DNA of 63,940 nucleotides, filler included, from 6 parts of 6 records of this genome joined end to end with filler, not necessarily neighbours in it, one strand, 5' to 3'. Positions 27,760 to 37,268 are shown, counted from the first letter of the whole stretch. A program made the numbers and translations. The notes: generated from the sequence alone by a model not told the origin.

Positions 27760-27798
27760 TATCAACCGCTTAGCATTTTCTGTAAGCCATATCCTACA
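27760..27798. promoter_or_regulatory. IHF site plus TGTAAG-N6-CCTACA palindrome upstream of the cassette array
   Basis: TATCAACCGCTTA (27760-27772) fits WATCAANNNNTTR; TGTAAGCCATATCCTACA (27781-27798) is one mismatch from the GacA box TGTAAGN6CTTACA. Confidence 0.45.
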
Positions 27799-27923
27799 AA
27801 GATATGGCTGGTTCTGTTGAGCACGGCAGTGGCTTCAGCTCCTTCGCCTTGCGAGCAAAGCTGCAACGAGGGTTGAGGCGATGGAGGGCTTGGGGGTAGG
27901 GCGCGGTTGGGGAGCCTCAGGGC

Positions 27924-28922
27924 TCACGGGGTGATAGTGAACCGCATGACGCCGATGATCTGGTTATCTGCGGTGCGCACCTCTACCCGCCAGCGCCCCT
28001 CTGATGGCACAGGAATATGGCGCTTGTGGGACCAGGTGCGAAAACCCGATTCGCGGCCACCGGTGACTTTAAGGGGAATCCTGTCCACCTGTTCGCCATC
28101 ACGAAACCAGTAGTGATACACCTCTTGCCCTAACCCCAATGGTGCCTTGATGGCCGTGTAGGCATACAACCCTTCTGCTACCTCATCGGCACTGAACACC
28201 TCTCCACTCACCAGCGGCTTGCGCTCGGCGCGATTGAATGACAAGGCCACGGCACGTTCCTGCAGCGAGAGGGTCAGTGGTGGCACCAGCGGGGCCAACC
28301 AACGTGGGGCTAACGCGATCAGGCACGAGACCAGGATCAACCCGAGCCAGCGAAACCATTTTCGTGGGCCGCCAAATCGCCAGAAGCTGGGCAACGCAAA
28401 CAGGGCCGTGAGCCAGCCGGCCCAGGCCAGCGCTGAATCCGTGCTCCAGTGGAAGATCAGCGGCAACAGCACCAGCAACGCCACAAATAACGCCCAGGCG
28501 TGAAAGCCGAAATACAGCGCCCGGTGCCGGGACAGCCAGAAGTAGACCGGATCGATGATGCTGATGGCCGCCGCGCTCACCACCAACGTGGTGAAGAAAA
28601 TATATTCCGCGCCGCCAGACCATTGCAGCAGCACGAACGGCAGACTGAAAAAGAACGCCTCCTGATGCACCGCCTGCAACAACAGTTTGAGCATGCCCTG
28701 GGGCAGGCCATCAAAACGGGTGCCGATCACCTTGTTCTGCCAGATCCCCTCGGTGAGCAGCAAGAGCCAGCTGAACACCAGCAGCCCAGTCAGCACCGCC
28801 GCCAGCCAGGGCTGCCGCTCCACCAGAAAATAACTGCTCAGGCCCAGCGAAAAGCTGATCAGCGCCCAGACATGGCGAATCTGATAGAGCTTGTCCGTGA
28901 GGGTTTGTCGCGTCAGTGGCAA
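27924..28922 (-). CDS. Membrane protein with C-terminal DUF2914-like domain
   Basis: HQEAFFFSLPF TM region; YAYTAIKAP, GGRESGFRTWS, GRWRVEV C-terminal motifs. Confidence 0.8.
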   Translation of the reverse strand: MPLTRQTLTDKLYQIRHVWALISFSLGLSSYFLVERQPWLAAVLTGLLVFSWLLLLTEGIWQNKVIGTRFDGLPQGMLKLLLQAVHQEAFFFSLPFVLLQWSGGAEYIFFTTLVVSAAAISIIDPVYFWLSRHRALYFGFHAWALFVALLVLLPLIFHWSTDSALAWAGWLTALFALPSFWRFGGPRKWFRWLGLILVSCLIALAPRWLAPLVPPLTLSLQERAVALSFNRAERKPLVSGEVFSADEVAEGLYAYTAIKAPLGLGQEVYHYWFRDGEQVDRIPLKVTGGRESGFRTWSHKRHIPVPSEGRWRVEVRTADNQIIGVMRFTITP

Positions 28923-29012
28923 GGGGTGGCTCCGTCGAGGGGTTGCGTCTTCGACGTACTATAGCCCTGTGGGTTCCCGATGGCAGCAGGGGTTCCAGAC
29001 AAAGCCCTCCCG

Positions 29013-29038
29013 CTGTAGGAGTTCCCTTCCAGGGGACG
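29013..29038 (+). repeat. GTAG-family REP (truncated at contig end)
   Basis: CTGTAGGAGTTCCCTTCCAGGGGACG, same family as 48925-49095. Confidence 0.7.
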
Positions 29039-29138
29039 NNNNNNNNNNNNNNNNNNNNNNNNNNNNNNNNNNNNNNNNNNNNTTAATTAATTAANNNNNN
29101 NNNNNNNNNNNNNNNNNNNNNNNNNNNNNNNNNNNNNN
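29039..29138. other. Artificial contig spacer (also 35461-35560, 42743-42842, 57058-57157, 60399-60498)
   Basis: N-run + TTAATTAATTAA (stops in all six frames) + N-run, 100 nt each. Confidence 0.99.
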
Positions 29139-30506
29139 GGGTTCAGCCAGGGCGGCGGCGTCGGCCTCGCGCTGGCGCAATGGATGATCGAGGGGGAGCC
29201 GGACATGGATATCTATGCCATGGATTGCGCCCGCTTCGGCTCCTACGCGACCAAGGGCTATACCTACGAGAAGGTGAAGGAAAACTACTCCCGCCGCTTC
29301 TCCATCACTTTCCCGAACGAGGAACTGCCGGCGGGCCGTCCGCTGCGCAAGACCGCGATCTATGACCGGCTGGCGGCGCAGAATGCCGTGTTCGGTGCTT
29401 CCTACGGCTTGGAGCACGCGCTCTGGTTTGCGCCGGAAGGCATGGAGCCGGTGGAGAATGTGACCTTCGGCCGCTCCAACGCTTTCGGCCCGGTGGCTGA
29501 GGAATGCAAGGCCGTGCGTACCGGCGTCGGCATGATCGAGATTTCCAGCTTCGCCAAATACGAGGTGGCGGGCGAGGGGGCGGAAGCCTGGCTGTCCGAG
29601 TTGATGGCGAACAAGATGCCGCGCACCGGCCGCATGGTGCTGACGCCGATGCTCAACAAACAGGGCAAGATCATCGGCGATTTCACCATCGCCAAGCTGG
29701 CCGACGACCGGTTCATGATTTTCGGCTCCGGCATCGCGGAAATGTTCCATCTGCGCTGGTTCTGGGATCACCTGCCGGAGAGCGGTGTCTCGATCCAAAG
29801 CCGCTGTCAGGATCTTGTCGGCCTCTCCATCGCCGGGCCGAAATCGGCCGATCTGATGGCGAAGCTGACCCATGAGGATGTCTCGACCGAGGCCATGCCG
29901 TTCATGTCCTTCCGGGAGATGGATCTCGGGATGCTGAACGCCATGGTCGGCCGGGTCTCCTTCAGCGGGGAGCGCGGCTACGAGATCTGGGTGCGGCCGG
30001 ACTACCTGATCACGCTCTATGACATGCTGGTCGGGGCAGGAGCGGAATTCGGGCTGAAGCATTTCGGCGGCAGGGCACTCAATTCTCTGCGGCTGGAAAA
30101 GAGCTTCGGTGGCTTCCGGGCGGAATTCACGCCGGACTATTCCCCCTTCGAAGCCGGTCTGGACCGGTTCGTCGACATGTCGAAGAACAGCTTCATCGGC
30201 CGGGATGCGCTGGTCGCGGAGAAGGAAACCGGTGGCACTTACCGGCTGATCACCCTGACCATCGATGTCGAGGATATCGATCCGATCGCCGACGAGCCGA
30301 TCTTCCATGACGGCAAGGCCATCGGCTGGGTGACGTCCGGCGGCTTCGGCCACTTCACAGGCAAGAGCATCGCCATCGGGTACGTGCCGAAGGAATTCGC
30401 CGACAAGACGGACGGCTTCGAGGTCGAGATCCTCGGCAAGATCCTGAAGGCACACCGGATCGGCGCGCCGCTACATGATCCGAAGGGTGCCCTGATGCGG
30501 GGATAG
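29139..30506 (+). CDS. Dimethylglycine/sarcosine dehydrogenase-like GcvT-family protein, 5'-truncated
   Basis: GFSQGGGVGLALAQWM, ELPAGRPLR, RVSFSGERGYEI, SLRLEK, VTSGGFGH. Confidence 0.9.
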   Translation, partial: GFSQGGGVGLALAQWMIEGEPDMDIYAMDCARFGSYATKGYTYEKVKENYSRRFSITFPNEELPAGRPLRKTAIYDRLAAQNAVFGASYGLEHALWFAPEGMEPVENVTFGRSNAFGPVAEECKAVRTGVGMIEISSFAKYEVAGEGAEAWLSELMANKMPRTGRMVLTPMLNKQGKIIGDFTIAKLADDRFMIFGSGIAEMFHLRWFWDHLPESGVSIQSRCQDLVGLSIAGPKSADLMAKLTHEDVSTEAMPFMSFREMDLGMLNAMVGRVSFSGERGYEIWVRPDYLITLYDMLVGAGAEFGLKHFGGRALNSLRLEKSFGGFRAEFTPDYSPFEAGLDRFVDMSKNSFIGRDALVAEKETGGTYRLITLTIDVEDIDPIADEPIFHDGKAIGWVTSGGFGHFTGKSIAIGYVPKEFADKTDGFEVEILGKILKAHRIGAPLHDPKGALMRG

Positions 30507-30581
30507 TCAGATCGTCGATTGAAAGTCACCGTCGCCGGGCCCACGTCTGCGGCTTCTTGGGACGATTAATCAGGGGCGATC

Positions 30582-31385
30582 ATGGCTGAACTCGACGGGA
30601 AAGTGGCAATCGTCACTGGCGCCTCTGCGGCACGTGGTATCGGACGGGCTGTTTCTCTGCGTCTGGCGGCGGCGGGCGCGTCCGTCATCGTCAGCGACAT
30701 CGGGACAGCTGAGACATCGAGCCGGCTTGCGGACATTGTCTCCGAGATCGCGGCGGCCGGGGGGACGGCATTGGCCGTGTCTGTCGACGTGACGCGAAAA
30801 GCCGATATCGAGACCGCTGTGCAGTTGGCTACGGAACATTTCGGCCGGATCGATATTCTGGTGAACAATGCGGGCTCCCTCAGCGGGTCCGCGCCTTTCC
30901 TGGAAACAAAGCCCGAGCAATGGGAGACCAGCTTTCGCGTCAACCTGCTTGGCCCGGCCATGTTCACCCAGGCGGTGATCCCGGAAATGCAGGCGTCGGG
31001 CGGCGGCAGCATCGTCAATATCGGCTCCACGGGCAGTCTCGGTGCGGATGCCGGGTTTGGCGCCTATACGGCCATGAAGCACGGGCTGGTCGGCCTGACC
31101 AAGACGGTCGCAGCCGAGTTTGGCGTGGATGGTATTCGCTGCAACGTGGTCTGCCCCGGCTTTATCGCGACGGACATGCATACGGCGGCGAACGAGCGTC
31201 TGGCCCGTGAAAGCGGCCGTCCGGTCGATGACGTGAAGCAGGAGCGCTATAAAACGGTGGCAATGCGCCGGGCGGGGGAGCCGGAAGAGGTGGCCGAGGC
31301 TGTCGCGTTCCTGGCGGGGCCACGCGCGGAGTACATCACCGGGATTGCCATGCCGATCAGCGGCGGAACACCTGTCGGGCTTTGA
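30582..31385 (+). CDS. SDR family oxidoreductase
   Basis: TGA...GIG, NNAG, YTAMK (YxxxK), CPG. Confidence 0.92.
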   Translation: MAELDGKVAIVTGASAARGIGRAVSLRLAAAGASVIVSDIGTAETSSRLADIVSEIAAAGGTALAVSVDVTRKADIETAVQLATEHFGRIDILVNNAGSLSGSAPFLETKPEQWETSFRVNLLGPAMFTQAVIPEMQASGGGSIVNIGSTGSLGADAGFGAYTAMKHGLVGLTKTVAAEFGVDGIRCNVVCPGFIATDMHTAANERLARESGRPVDDVKQERYKTVAMRRAGEPEEVAEAVAFLAGPRAEYITGIAMPISGGTPVGL

Positions 31386-31401
31386 CGTAAGACCGCGCCG
31401 G

Positions 31402-32025
31402 TCAGTGCTTGCGGGCGATCATGAAGAGCGCCTTTGCCGGCCCTGGCTGCCAGCTTTCCTCGATCTCAAGCCCTGCCGCTTCGAAATCGGCGCGCAGGCT
31501 TTCGCTGGTGAAGAAACCGACCCAGGGCACAAGGCCGAGCCAGCGTGCCGGCGGGAGAACGAAACGCAACCAGCCCAACCGGCCGCCGGCAAGGCACGGG
31601 GTGGAGCTGATGAAAAGCCCTCCCGGCTTCAGCAGGCGCACCGCTTTTGTGATGGCGGTCCGGCGGTCGCGCAACAGGTGCAGGATGCTGTGCGCCATGA
31701 CGATATCGTAGTCTCCGTCTTCAGCCTCAAGACTGTCGAAATCCGCAACCTCGAAGGTGACATTCCCGATACCGGCGATCTCCGCCTTGCGACGTGCGAT
31801 TCCCAGCATTTTCGGTGAGATATCCACCGCCCGGATATGCGCGACATGTGGAGCGTGACGCAGGGCCGTGCTGCCGGTGCCGCAGCCGAATTCGAGAATC
31901 TTCATACCGGGGGTGAGGCGCGCACGGGTCAGGGCGAGCTTGTGTTCGTACGCCTCCTCGTCCCCGACGGGACGTTTCGCATAGCCTTCAGCGTGCCTGT
32001 CCCAGAACTTTGCTGTGTCCGTCAT
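31402..32025 (-). CDS. Class I SAM-dependent methyltransferase
   Basis: FWDRHA, LEFGCGTG motif I, LKPGG; RBS GAGGAG. Confidence 0.9.
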   Translation of the reverse strand: MTDTAKFWDRHAEGYAKRPVGDEEAYEHKLALTRARLTPGMKILEFGCGTGSTALRHAPHVAHIRAVDISPKMLGIARRKAEIAGIGNVTFEVADFDSLEAEDGDYDIVMAHSILHLLRDRRTAITKAVRLLKPGGLFISSTPCLAGGRLGWLRFVLPPARWLGLVPWVGFFTSESLRADFEAAGLEIEESWQPGPAKALFMIARKH

Positions 32026-32130
32026 CCGCATCTCCTCTTGCGGGAGCTTTGTGTGGCGAAAGAGGTGTTCTGTCGACCGGGTAAAAAGAATGCGGACACA
32101 CAAGACTGTGAGCGTTGTATGGACACCGTA

Positions 32131-32787
32131 TCAGGGCACTGTTCCGGCCCGACGCAATTCACTCACGGCCATGCGTTTATAGGCGTCGACGAGTATCGCA
32201 CCTTCGTCCGGCGTGACCGAAATCGCCAGCCGCATGGTGGCTTCGCCCAGATGCATGATCAGGAAGCAATCTGAGGCGGCGCGCTTCGGGTCGCAGTCCG
32301 GCGCGACACGGCAGAGTGCCTTGGAAAGCAGGGCGCCGCTCTTGCGGCTTTCCGCGATTTCCATGTCCCTCAGGGTCTTGTCGGCGCCTATGCCGGAATA
32401 GATGTCGCGAATGACCGGTTCCGCCTGGAAGAGAGCGTAATAGACGTCGATCAGCTCACCCAGCGCATCGCAGAGGGCGTCGAGCGTTTCCGCTTCCGAT
32501 AGCGCGTCCTTGATGCATCTGAGGCATTCCGCGCCGTAATGCTCGGCCAGCGCCCGGATGATCGCGCTCTTGTCCGGAAAATACTGGTAGAGCGAGCCGA
32601 TGGAGACATCCGCGAGCCGGGCCAGCTCGCTCATCGTCATTGCTTCGCTGCCCTTCTCGGCGATCACCGCGATGGCGCAGTTCAGCATGTGTTCGACGCG
32701 GGCGCGGCTGCGTTCCTGATTGGGCATGCGGCGGAGCGAGATATGCTCCAGCGCGACCTGCGACATGTCCGGCAGTTCTTTCGACAT
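32131..32787 (-). CDS. TetR/AcrR family regulator
   Basis: P-x-QERSRARV and HTH VSIGSLYQYFPDK. Confidence 0.92.
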   Translation of the reverse strand: MSKELPDMSQVALEHISLRRMPNQERSRARVEHMLNCAIAVIAEKGSEAMTMSELARLADVSIGSLYQYFPDKSAIIRALAEHYGAECLRCIKDALSEAETLDALCDALGELIDVYYALFQAEPVIRDIYSGIGADKTLRDMEIAESRKSGALLSKALCRVAPDCDPKRAASDCFLIMHLGEATMRLAISVTPDEGAILVDAYKRMAVSELRRAGTVP

Positions 32788-32837
32788 AACCACTCCGTGA
32801 ATTCACCCCGTATCAGAGCAAATTTCGTTGACGCGGT

Positions 32838-32885
32838 AAATGTGAGAGTTTATCAGATTTTAAAATATGAGTAATCCTCACATTT
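32838..32885. promoter_or_regulatory. Tandem palindromic operator (probable TetR site)
   Basis: AAATGTGAG-N5-ATCAGATTT and AAATATGAG-N5-CTCACATTT between the divergent tetR and NmrA-like genes. Confidence 0.65.
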
Positions 32886-32897
32886 ATGGAGAACGAG

Positions 32898-33752
32898 ATG
32901 AGCAGACACGATGAGACGGCGCCGATCCTGGTGTTGGGCGGGACGGGCAAGACCGGACAACGGGTGGTGAAGCGGTTGATCGAACAGGGACAGCCTGTCC
33001 GGATCGGCTCCCGTGAAGCAGCGCTGCCGTTCGACTGGGATGCGCCGGAAACCTGGGCGCCTGTGGTCGAGGGAACGCGGGCCATCTACATCGCCTATCA
33101 TCCGGATCTTGCTGTTCCGGGTGCCCTGAAAACGGTCGGCGGCTTTGTCGAGACGGCGCTCCGCGCAGGTGTGAAGCGCATGGTCCTTCTGTCCGGCCGG
33201 GGCGAGGCAGAGGCCGAGCAGGTGGAGCAGATGCTGATCGCGTCGGGCGCCGACTGGACCATCGTCCAGGCCAGTTGGTTCTTCCAGAATTTCAGTGAGA
33301 CCTTCCTGGCCGACGCCATCAATACGGGCGAGGTAGCGCTGCCGATCAGCGATGTGAAGGAGCCGTTCATAGACGTTGACGATATTGCGGAGATCGCCGC
33401 CGCCGCCCTGATAGACCCGGCGCATATCGGCAAGCTCTATGAAGTCACCGGCCCGGAGTTGCTGAGCTTTTCGGAGGCCATTGCCGGTATTGCTGAAGCG
33501 GCCGGACGGCCTATCCGCTATCAGCAAATTCCGGCGGCGGATTACAAAGCTGCGATGGAGCAGGCCGGTGTGCCGGAAGACATGATTTCGCTCGTCCTCT
33601 ATCTCTTCACCACCGTACTGGACGGACGCAATGCGAACGTGACCGATGGCGTCGACCAGGCATTGGGCCGACAACCGCGCCGTTTCGCCGATTATGCGCA
33701 GCGAACCGCCAGGGCTGGCGTCTGGAGCGTCGAAACGCCTCTGGCAGTGTGA
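32898..33752 (+). CDS. NmrA-like NAD(P)H-binding oxidoreductase
   Basis: GGTGKTG Rossmann motif, FDW, WFFQNFSE, YEVTGP. Confidence 0.88.
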   Translation: MSRHDETAPILVLGGTGKTGQRVVKRLIEQGQPVRIGSREAALPFDWDAPETWAPVVEGTRAIYIAYHPDLAVPGALKTVGGFVETALRAGVKRMVLLSGRGEAEAEQVEQMLIASGADWTIVQASWFFQNFSETFLADAINTGEVALPISDVKEPFIDVDDIAEIAAAALIDPAHIGKLYEVTGPELLSFSEAIAGIAEAAGRPIRYQQIPAADYKAAMEQAGVPEDMISLVLYLFTTVLDGRNANVTDGVDQALGRQPRRFADYAQRTARAGVWSVETPLAV

Positions 33753-33785
33753 GAGACTGTCCTGGAAGAGGATAACGCTCCGAAG

Positions 33786-33818
33786 AAAACCCCGCGACAC
33801 ATGGTCTCGCGGGTTTTT
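33786..33818 (+). terminator. Intrinsic terminator
   Basis: AAAACCCCGCGA...TCGCGGGTTTTT. Confidence 0.6.
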
Positions 33819-33856
33819 CATTTGTTGTGTGAGGGAACGGGCGCACATTCATTTGC

Positions 33857-34906
33857 ATGATCAATCCGCGCCTCTTGAGTGTTGCGACGGCCGTGCCCCG
33901 ACATCGCCTTTCGCAATCCGACGCCCTCGCCCATGCCCGAAAGATCTTCGAGGAGCGGGTGCCCGCCTTTGCCCGGCTGGCCCCTGTTTATGGCAATGCC
34001 GGGGTTGAGACGCGCTATCTGTCCGTGCCGCTCGACTGGTTTGCCAGGCCGCGCAACTGGGCCGAAGCGAACCGGATCTATCTCGAGGTCGCCGAGGATC
34101 TTCTGGCCGAGGCCGCGGGCCGGGCGCTGAAACAGGCTGGTCTCGCCGCGTCGGACGTAGACACGCTGGTCGTCGTCTCCAGCACGGGCATTGCGACACC
34201 GAGCCTGGACGCGCGCATGCTGCGGCGGCTGGGTTTCCGGGACAATGTGAAACGGGTGCCGCTGTTCGGACTCGGGTGCGCCGGTGGTGTCCTCGGCCTC
34301 GGCCGGGCGGCGCAGTTTGCCGCGAGTGGTGAGGGGGAGACGGTTCTGCTGCTTGTGGTCGAGCTGTGCAGCCTGACCTTCCGCTGGTCCGATACCGGCA
34401 AATCCAATCAGGTCGCGACCGCGATCTTTGGCGACGGCGCGGCAGCGGCTGTACTGCGAGGCAGCAAGGATGAAGAAGCTACGGCTGTCACGGCCTGGGG
34501 CGAGCATACCTGGCCGGACTCGCTCGACGTCATGGGCTGGTCGGTGGAGGAGGACGGGTTCGGTGTGATTTTCAGCCCGCGCATTCCGGAGATCGTTCGC
34601 ACCGGCATGCGGAGCGAGGTGGACCGGTTTCTGGCCCGCGAGGGGCTGACCCTCTCTGATATAGACTTGTTCGCCTGCCACCCTGGCGGTGCCAAGGTCG
34701 CGTCCGCGCTGGAAGCAGCCTTCGATCTGCCCGAGGGCGGGCTTGAGCAGTCCCGGTCGGTGCTGCGGGACTATGGAAACATGTCGGCGGCGACCGTGTT
34801 CTTCGTGCTGGAGCGGATGAAGGCGGATGGAATAGAAGGCAAGCGCATGCTGGTGCAGGCGCTCGGCCCCGGTTTCACCGCCGGTTTCGCCGTGCTGGAA
34901 GGATAA
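33857..34906 (+). CDS. Type III polyketide synthase (BpsA/SrsA-like)
   Basis: Catalytic triad motifs GLGCAGG, HPGG and GNMS; FGDGAAA; LGPGF. Confidence 0.93.
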   Translation: MINPRLLSVATAVPRHRLSQSDALAHARKIFEERVPAFARLAPVYGNAGVETRYLSVPLDWFARPRNWAEANRIYLEVAEDLLAEAAGRALKQAGLAASDVDTLVVVSSTGIATPSLDARMLRRLGFRDNVKRVPLFGLGCAGGVLGLGRAAQFAASGEGETVLLLVVELCSLTFRWSDTGKSNQVATAIFGDGAAAAVLRGSKDEEATAVTAWGEHTWPDSLDVMGWSVEEDGFGVIFSPRIPEIVRTGMRSEVDRFLAREGLTLSDIDLFACHPGGAKVASALEAAFDLPEGGLEQSRSVLRDYGNMSAATVFFVLERMKADGIEGKRMLVQALGPGFTAGFAVLEG

Positions 34907-34911
34907 GCGGG

Positions 34912-35418
34912 ATGGATCTCGGTTGGGCGCAATGGACGGCGCTGGTCGTGGCGGCGCTGCGCTTGGCTGAGCTGGCCTACGCCCGGCGCAACCTGACGCG
35001 ATTGCTCGCCCGGGGTGGGCAGGAACACGGCGCGCGGCATTATCCGCTGTTCGTCCTGCTGCATGGAAGCTGGCTGCTGGCCCTGTTCTTTCTGGTGCAT
35101 GAGGCGAAGGCGCCAAGCCTGGCATTACTCGCTGTTTTCGCCGCTCTGCAGGCTGTCCGCGTCTGGATCATCGCCAGCCTCGGGCCATACTGGACCACGC
35201 GGATCGTGACCCTGCTGGAGGCACCTTTGGTGCGGCGCGGCCCGTACCGCTTTCTCCGGCACCCGAACTACCTGCTTGTCGCGGTCGAAATCCCGCTGCT
35301 GCCGCTTGCCTTCGGCGCCTGGGATATTGCGGCATTGTTCGGTGCCGCCAACCTGGCCCTGCTGGCCTATCGGATAAAGGTTGAGGAAGCGGTTCTGCAA
35401 GAGCGTCGAACGCTTTAG
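34912..35418 (+). CDS. Isoprenylcysteine carboxyl methyltransferase family protein (BpsB/SrsB-like)
   Basis: RLAEL, LG-x-YWTTRI, GPYRFLRHPNY, RI-x-x-EE. Confidence 0.9.
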   Translation: MDLGWAQWTALVVAALRLAELAYARRNLTRLLARGGQEHGARHYPLFVLLHGSWLLALFFLVHEAKAPSLALLAVFAALQAVRVWIIASLGPYWTTRIVTLLEAPLVRRGPYRFLRHPNYLLVAVEIPLLPLAFGAWDIAALFGAANLALLAYRIKVEEAVLQERRTL

Positions 35419-35430
35419 GCAATCCTCTAA

Positions 35431-35460
35431 ACCGTCATCCCGTCGAAAGACGGGACCCAG
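35431..35460 (+). repeat. CGTC-family REP (truncated at contig end)
   Basis: ACCGTCATCCCGTCGAAAGACGGGACCCAG, same family as 38078-38163. Confidence 0.65.
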
Positions 35461-35560
35461 NNNNNNNNNNNNNNNNNNNNNNNNNNNNNNNNNNNNNNNN
35501 NNNNTTAATTAATTAANNNNNNNNNNNNNNNNNNNNNNNNNNNNNNNNNNNNNNNNNNNN

Positions 35561-35833
35561 GCAGAAATCCACCACCATCGTGGTGCCGCCGGCAACGGCC
35601 GCCGAGGTTCCGGTAAGGAAATCTTCCGCCGAATAGGTGCCCATGAAGGGCATTTCCATGTGCGTGTGCGGATCGATCCCGCCCGGCATGATGTAACAGC
35701 CGGTGGCATCGATGGTCTCGTTACCCTTCAGATCCTTGCCGATGGCAGTGATCACACCGCCTTCGATCAGAACGTCGGCCTCGAAACTATGATCGGCGGT
35801 GACGACTGTCCCGCCTTTGATGACTTTGGACAT
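35561..35833 (-). CDS. hydA: Dihydropyrimidinase, 3'-truncated
   Basis: IKGGTVV, PGGIDPHTH metal motif, AGGTT. Confidence 0.9.
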
Positions 35834-35853
35834 AAACGCGCTCCTCTCCGGTT

Positions 35854-37104
35854 TTATTCGACGATCTGGGCGGTCTCGACCACGGCATGGAACAGCACAT
35901 CCGCACCGGCGGTCGCCCATTCCTTGCTGATCTCCTCATCCTCATTGTGGCTGAGGCCGTCGACACAGGGGCACATGATCATGGATGTCGGCGCCACCCG
36001 GTTGATCCAGCAGGCATCGTGCCCCGCGCCGGAAACGATGTTCCGGTGCGAGTAACCGAGACTCTCCGCCGCGTTCCGCACAGCCGTGACGCAATTCTCG
36101 TCGAAGGTGACAGGGTCGAAGCCGCCGGTCTGCTCGATCTCGATGCCGAGGCCGATTTCCGCCGCGATTTTCTCCGCGCCAGCCCGCAGCTTGGCGTCCA
36201 TCTCTTCAAGCGCCGCCTTGTCCGGATGCCGGAAATCGACCGTGAAGACAGTGCGTCCGGGGATGATGTTCCGGGAATTCGGGTAAAGTTCGAGATGGCC
36301 AATGGCACCAACACCGTTCGGGCCATGCTCAAGGGCGATCTCGTTCACAAGTTCGGTGACGCGCGCCATGCCTAGTCCGGCATTGATCCGCTTCGGCATC
36401 GGGGTCGAGCCGGTATGGCTTTCCTTGCCGGTCAGCGTGATCTGGATCCATTTCAGGCCCTGGCCGTGGGTTACCACGCCGATATCGATGTTTTCGTCCT
36501 CGAGGATCGGGCCCTGCTCGATATGCAACTCAAAGAAAGCATGCATCTTGCGCTGACCGACCGGCTCCTCGCCCTTGTAGCCGATGCGCTCCAGCTCATC
36601 ACCGAGCCTCAGACCGTCCGCGTCGGTCCGGTCATAGGCCCAGTCCTGGGTATGAATGCCGGCGAAAACACCGGAGGCGACCATCGCGGGCGCGAAACGC
36701 GTGCCCTCCTCGTTGGTCCAGTTCACGATCTCGATCGGGTGCTTGGTCTTGATGCCGAGATCGTTGAGCGTGCGGATCACCTCCAGCGCGCCGAGAACGC
36801 CGAGAACACCGTCATACTTGCCGCCTGTCGGCTGGGTATCCAGATGGCTACCGAGCATCACCGGAAGCGCATCAGGGTCCGTCCCTTCACGCCGGGCAAA
36901 CATGTTGCCCATGCTGTCGACGCCCATGGTCAGGCCTTGATGCTCACACCACTTGGTGAATAGGTCACGGCCCTGCTTGTCGGAATCCGTTAGCGTCTGA
37001 CGGTTATTACCGCCGCGCAGGCCGGGCCCGATCTTCGCCATGTCCATAAGGCTGTCCCACAGCCGCTGCTCGTTGATCCGGATATTGCTGGCCGGTTCAG
37101 TCAT
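35854..37104 (-). CDS. Beta-ureidopropionase / N-carbamoyl amino-acid hydrolase (M20)
   Basis: GSHLDTQPTGGKYDG, NEEG, ELHIEQG, SGAGHD, SHN; pyrimidine catabolic context. Confidence 0.92.
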   Translation of the reverse strand: MTEPASNIRINEQRLWDSLMDMAKIGPGLRGGNNRQTLTDSDKQGRDLFTKWCEHQGLTMGVDSMGNMFARREGTDPDALPVMLGSHLDTQPTGGKYDGVLGVLGALEVIRTLNDLGIKTKHPIEIVNWTNEEGTRFAPAMVASGVFAGIHTQDWAYDRTDADGLRLGDELERIGYKGEEPVGQRKMHAFFELHIEQGPILEDENIDIGVVTHGQGLKWIQITLTGKESHTGSTPMPKRINAGLGMARVTELVNEIALEHGPNGVGAIGHLELYPNSRNIIPGRTVFTVDFRHPDKAALEEMDAKLRAGAEKIAAEIGLGIEIEQTGGFDPVTFDENCVTAVRNAAESLGYSHRNIVSGAGHDACWINRVAPTSMIMCPCVDGLSHNEDEEISKEWATAGADVLFHAVVETAQIVE

Positions 37105-37252
37105 CCCAAACTCTCCTGTTCGCTCCGTCCCTCATCGGGGACGATTTTCATCGGCATCGGCAAGTTCATATGTGAAGGACAAGAACTTGGCGATTGCCGA
37201 CTTTTGAGGGCATTTGTGCTCACGCCCTTCTGGGGTATAAGCAAAGACAAAG

Positions 37253-37268
37253 TTGACCATTTGATCAA
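37253..37268. promoter_or_regulatory. RutR box
   Basis: TTGACCATTTGATCAA vs consensus TTGACCAnnTGGTCAA. Confidence 0.8.

Noticed and set aside
27600-27920. Possible intI remnant, LexA box or Rsm sRNA
   Set aside because: No ORF with tyrosine-recombinase motifs, no CTG-N10-CAG box noticed, no GGA-loop repeats.
29083-29094. TTAATTAATTAA palindrome recurring five times
   Set aside because: Artificial six-frame-stop linker inside N runs.
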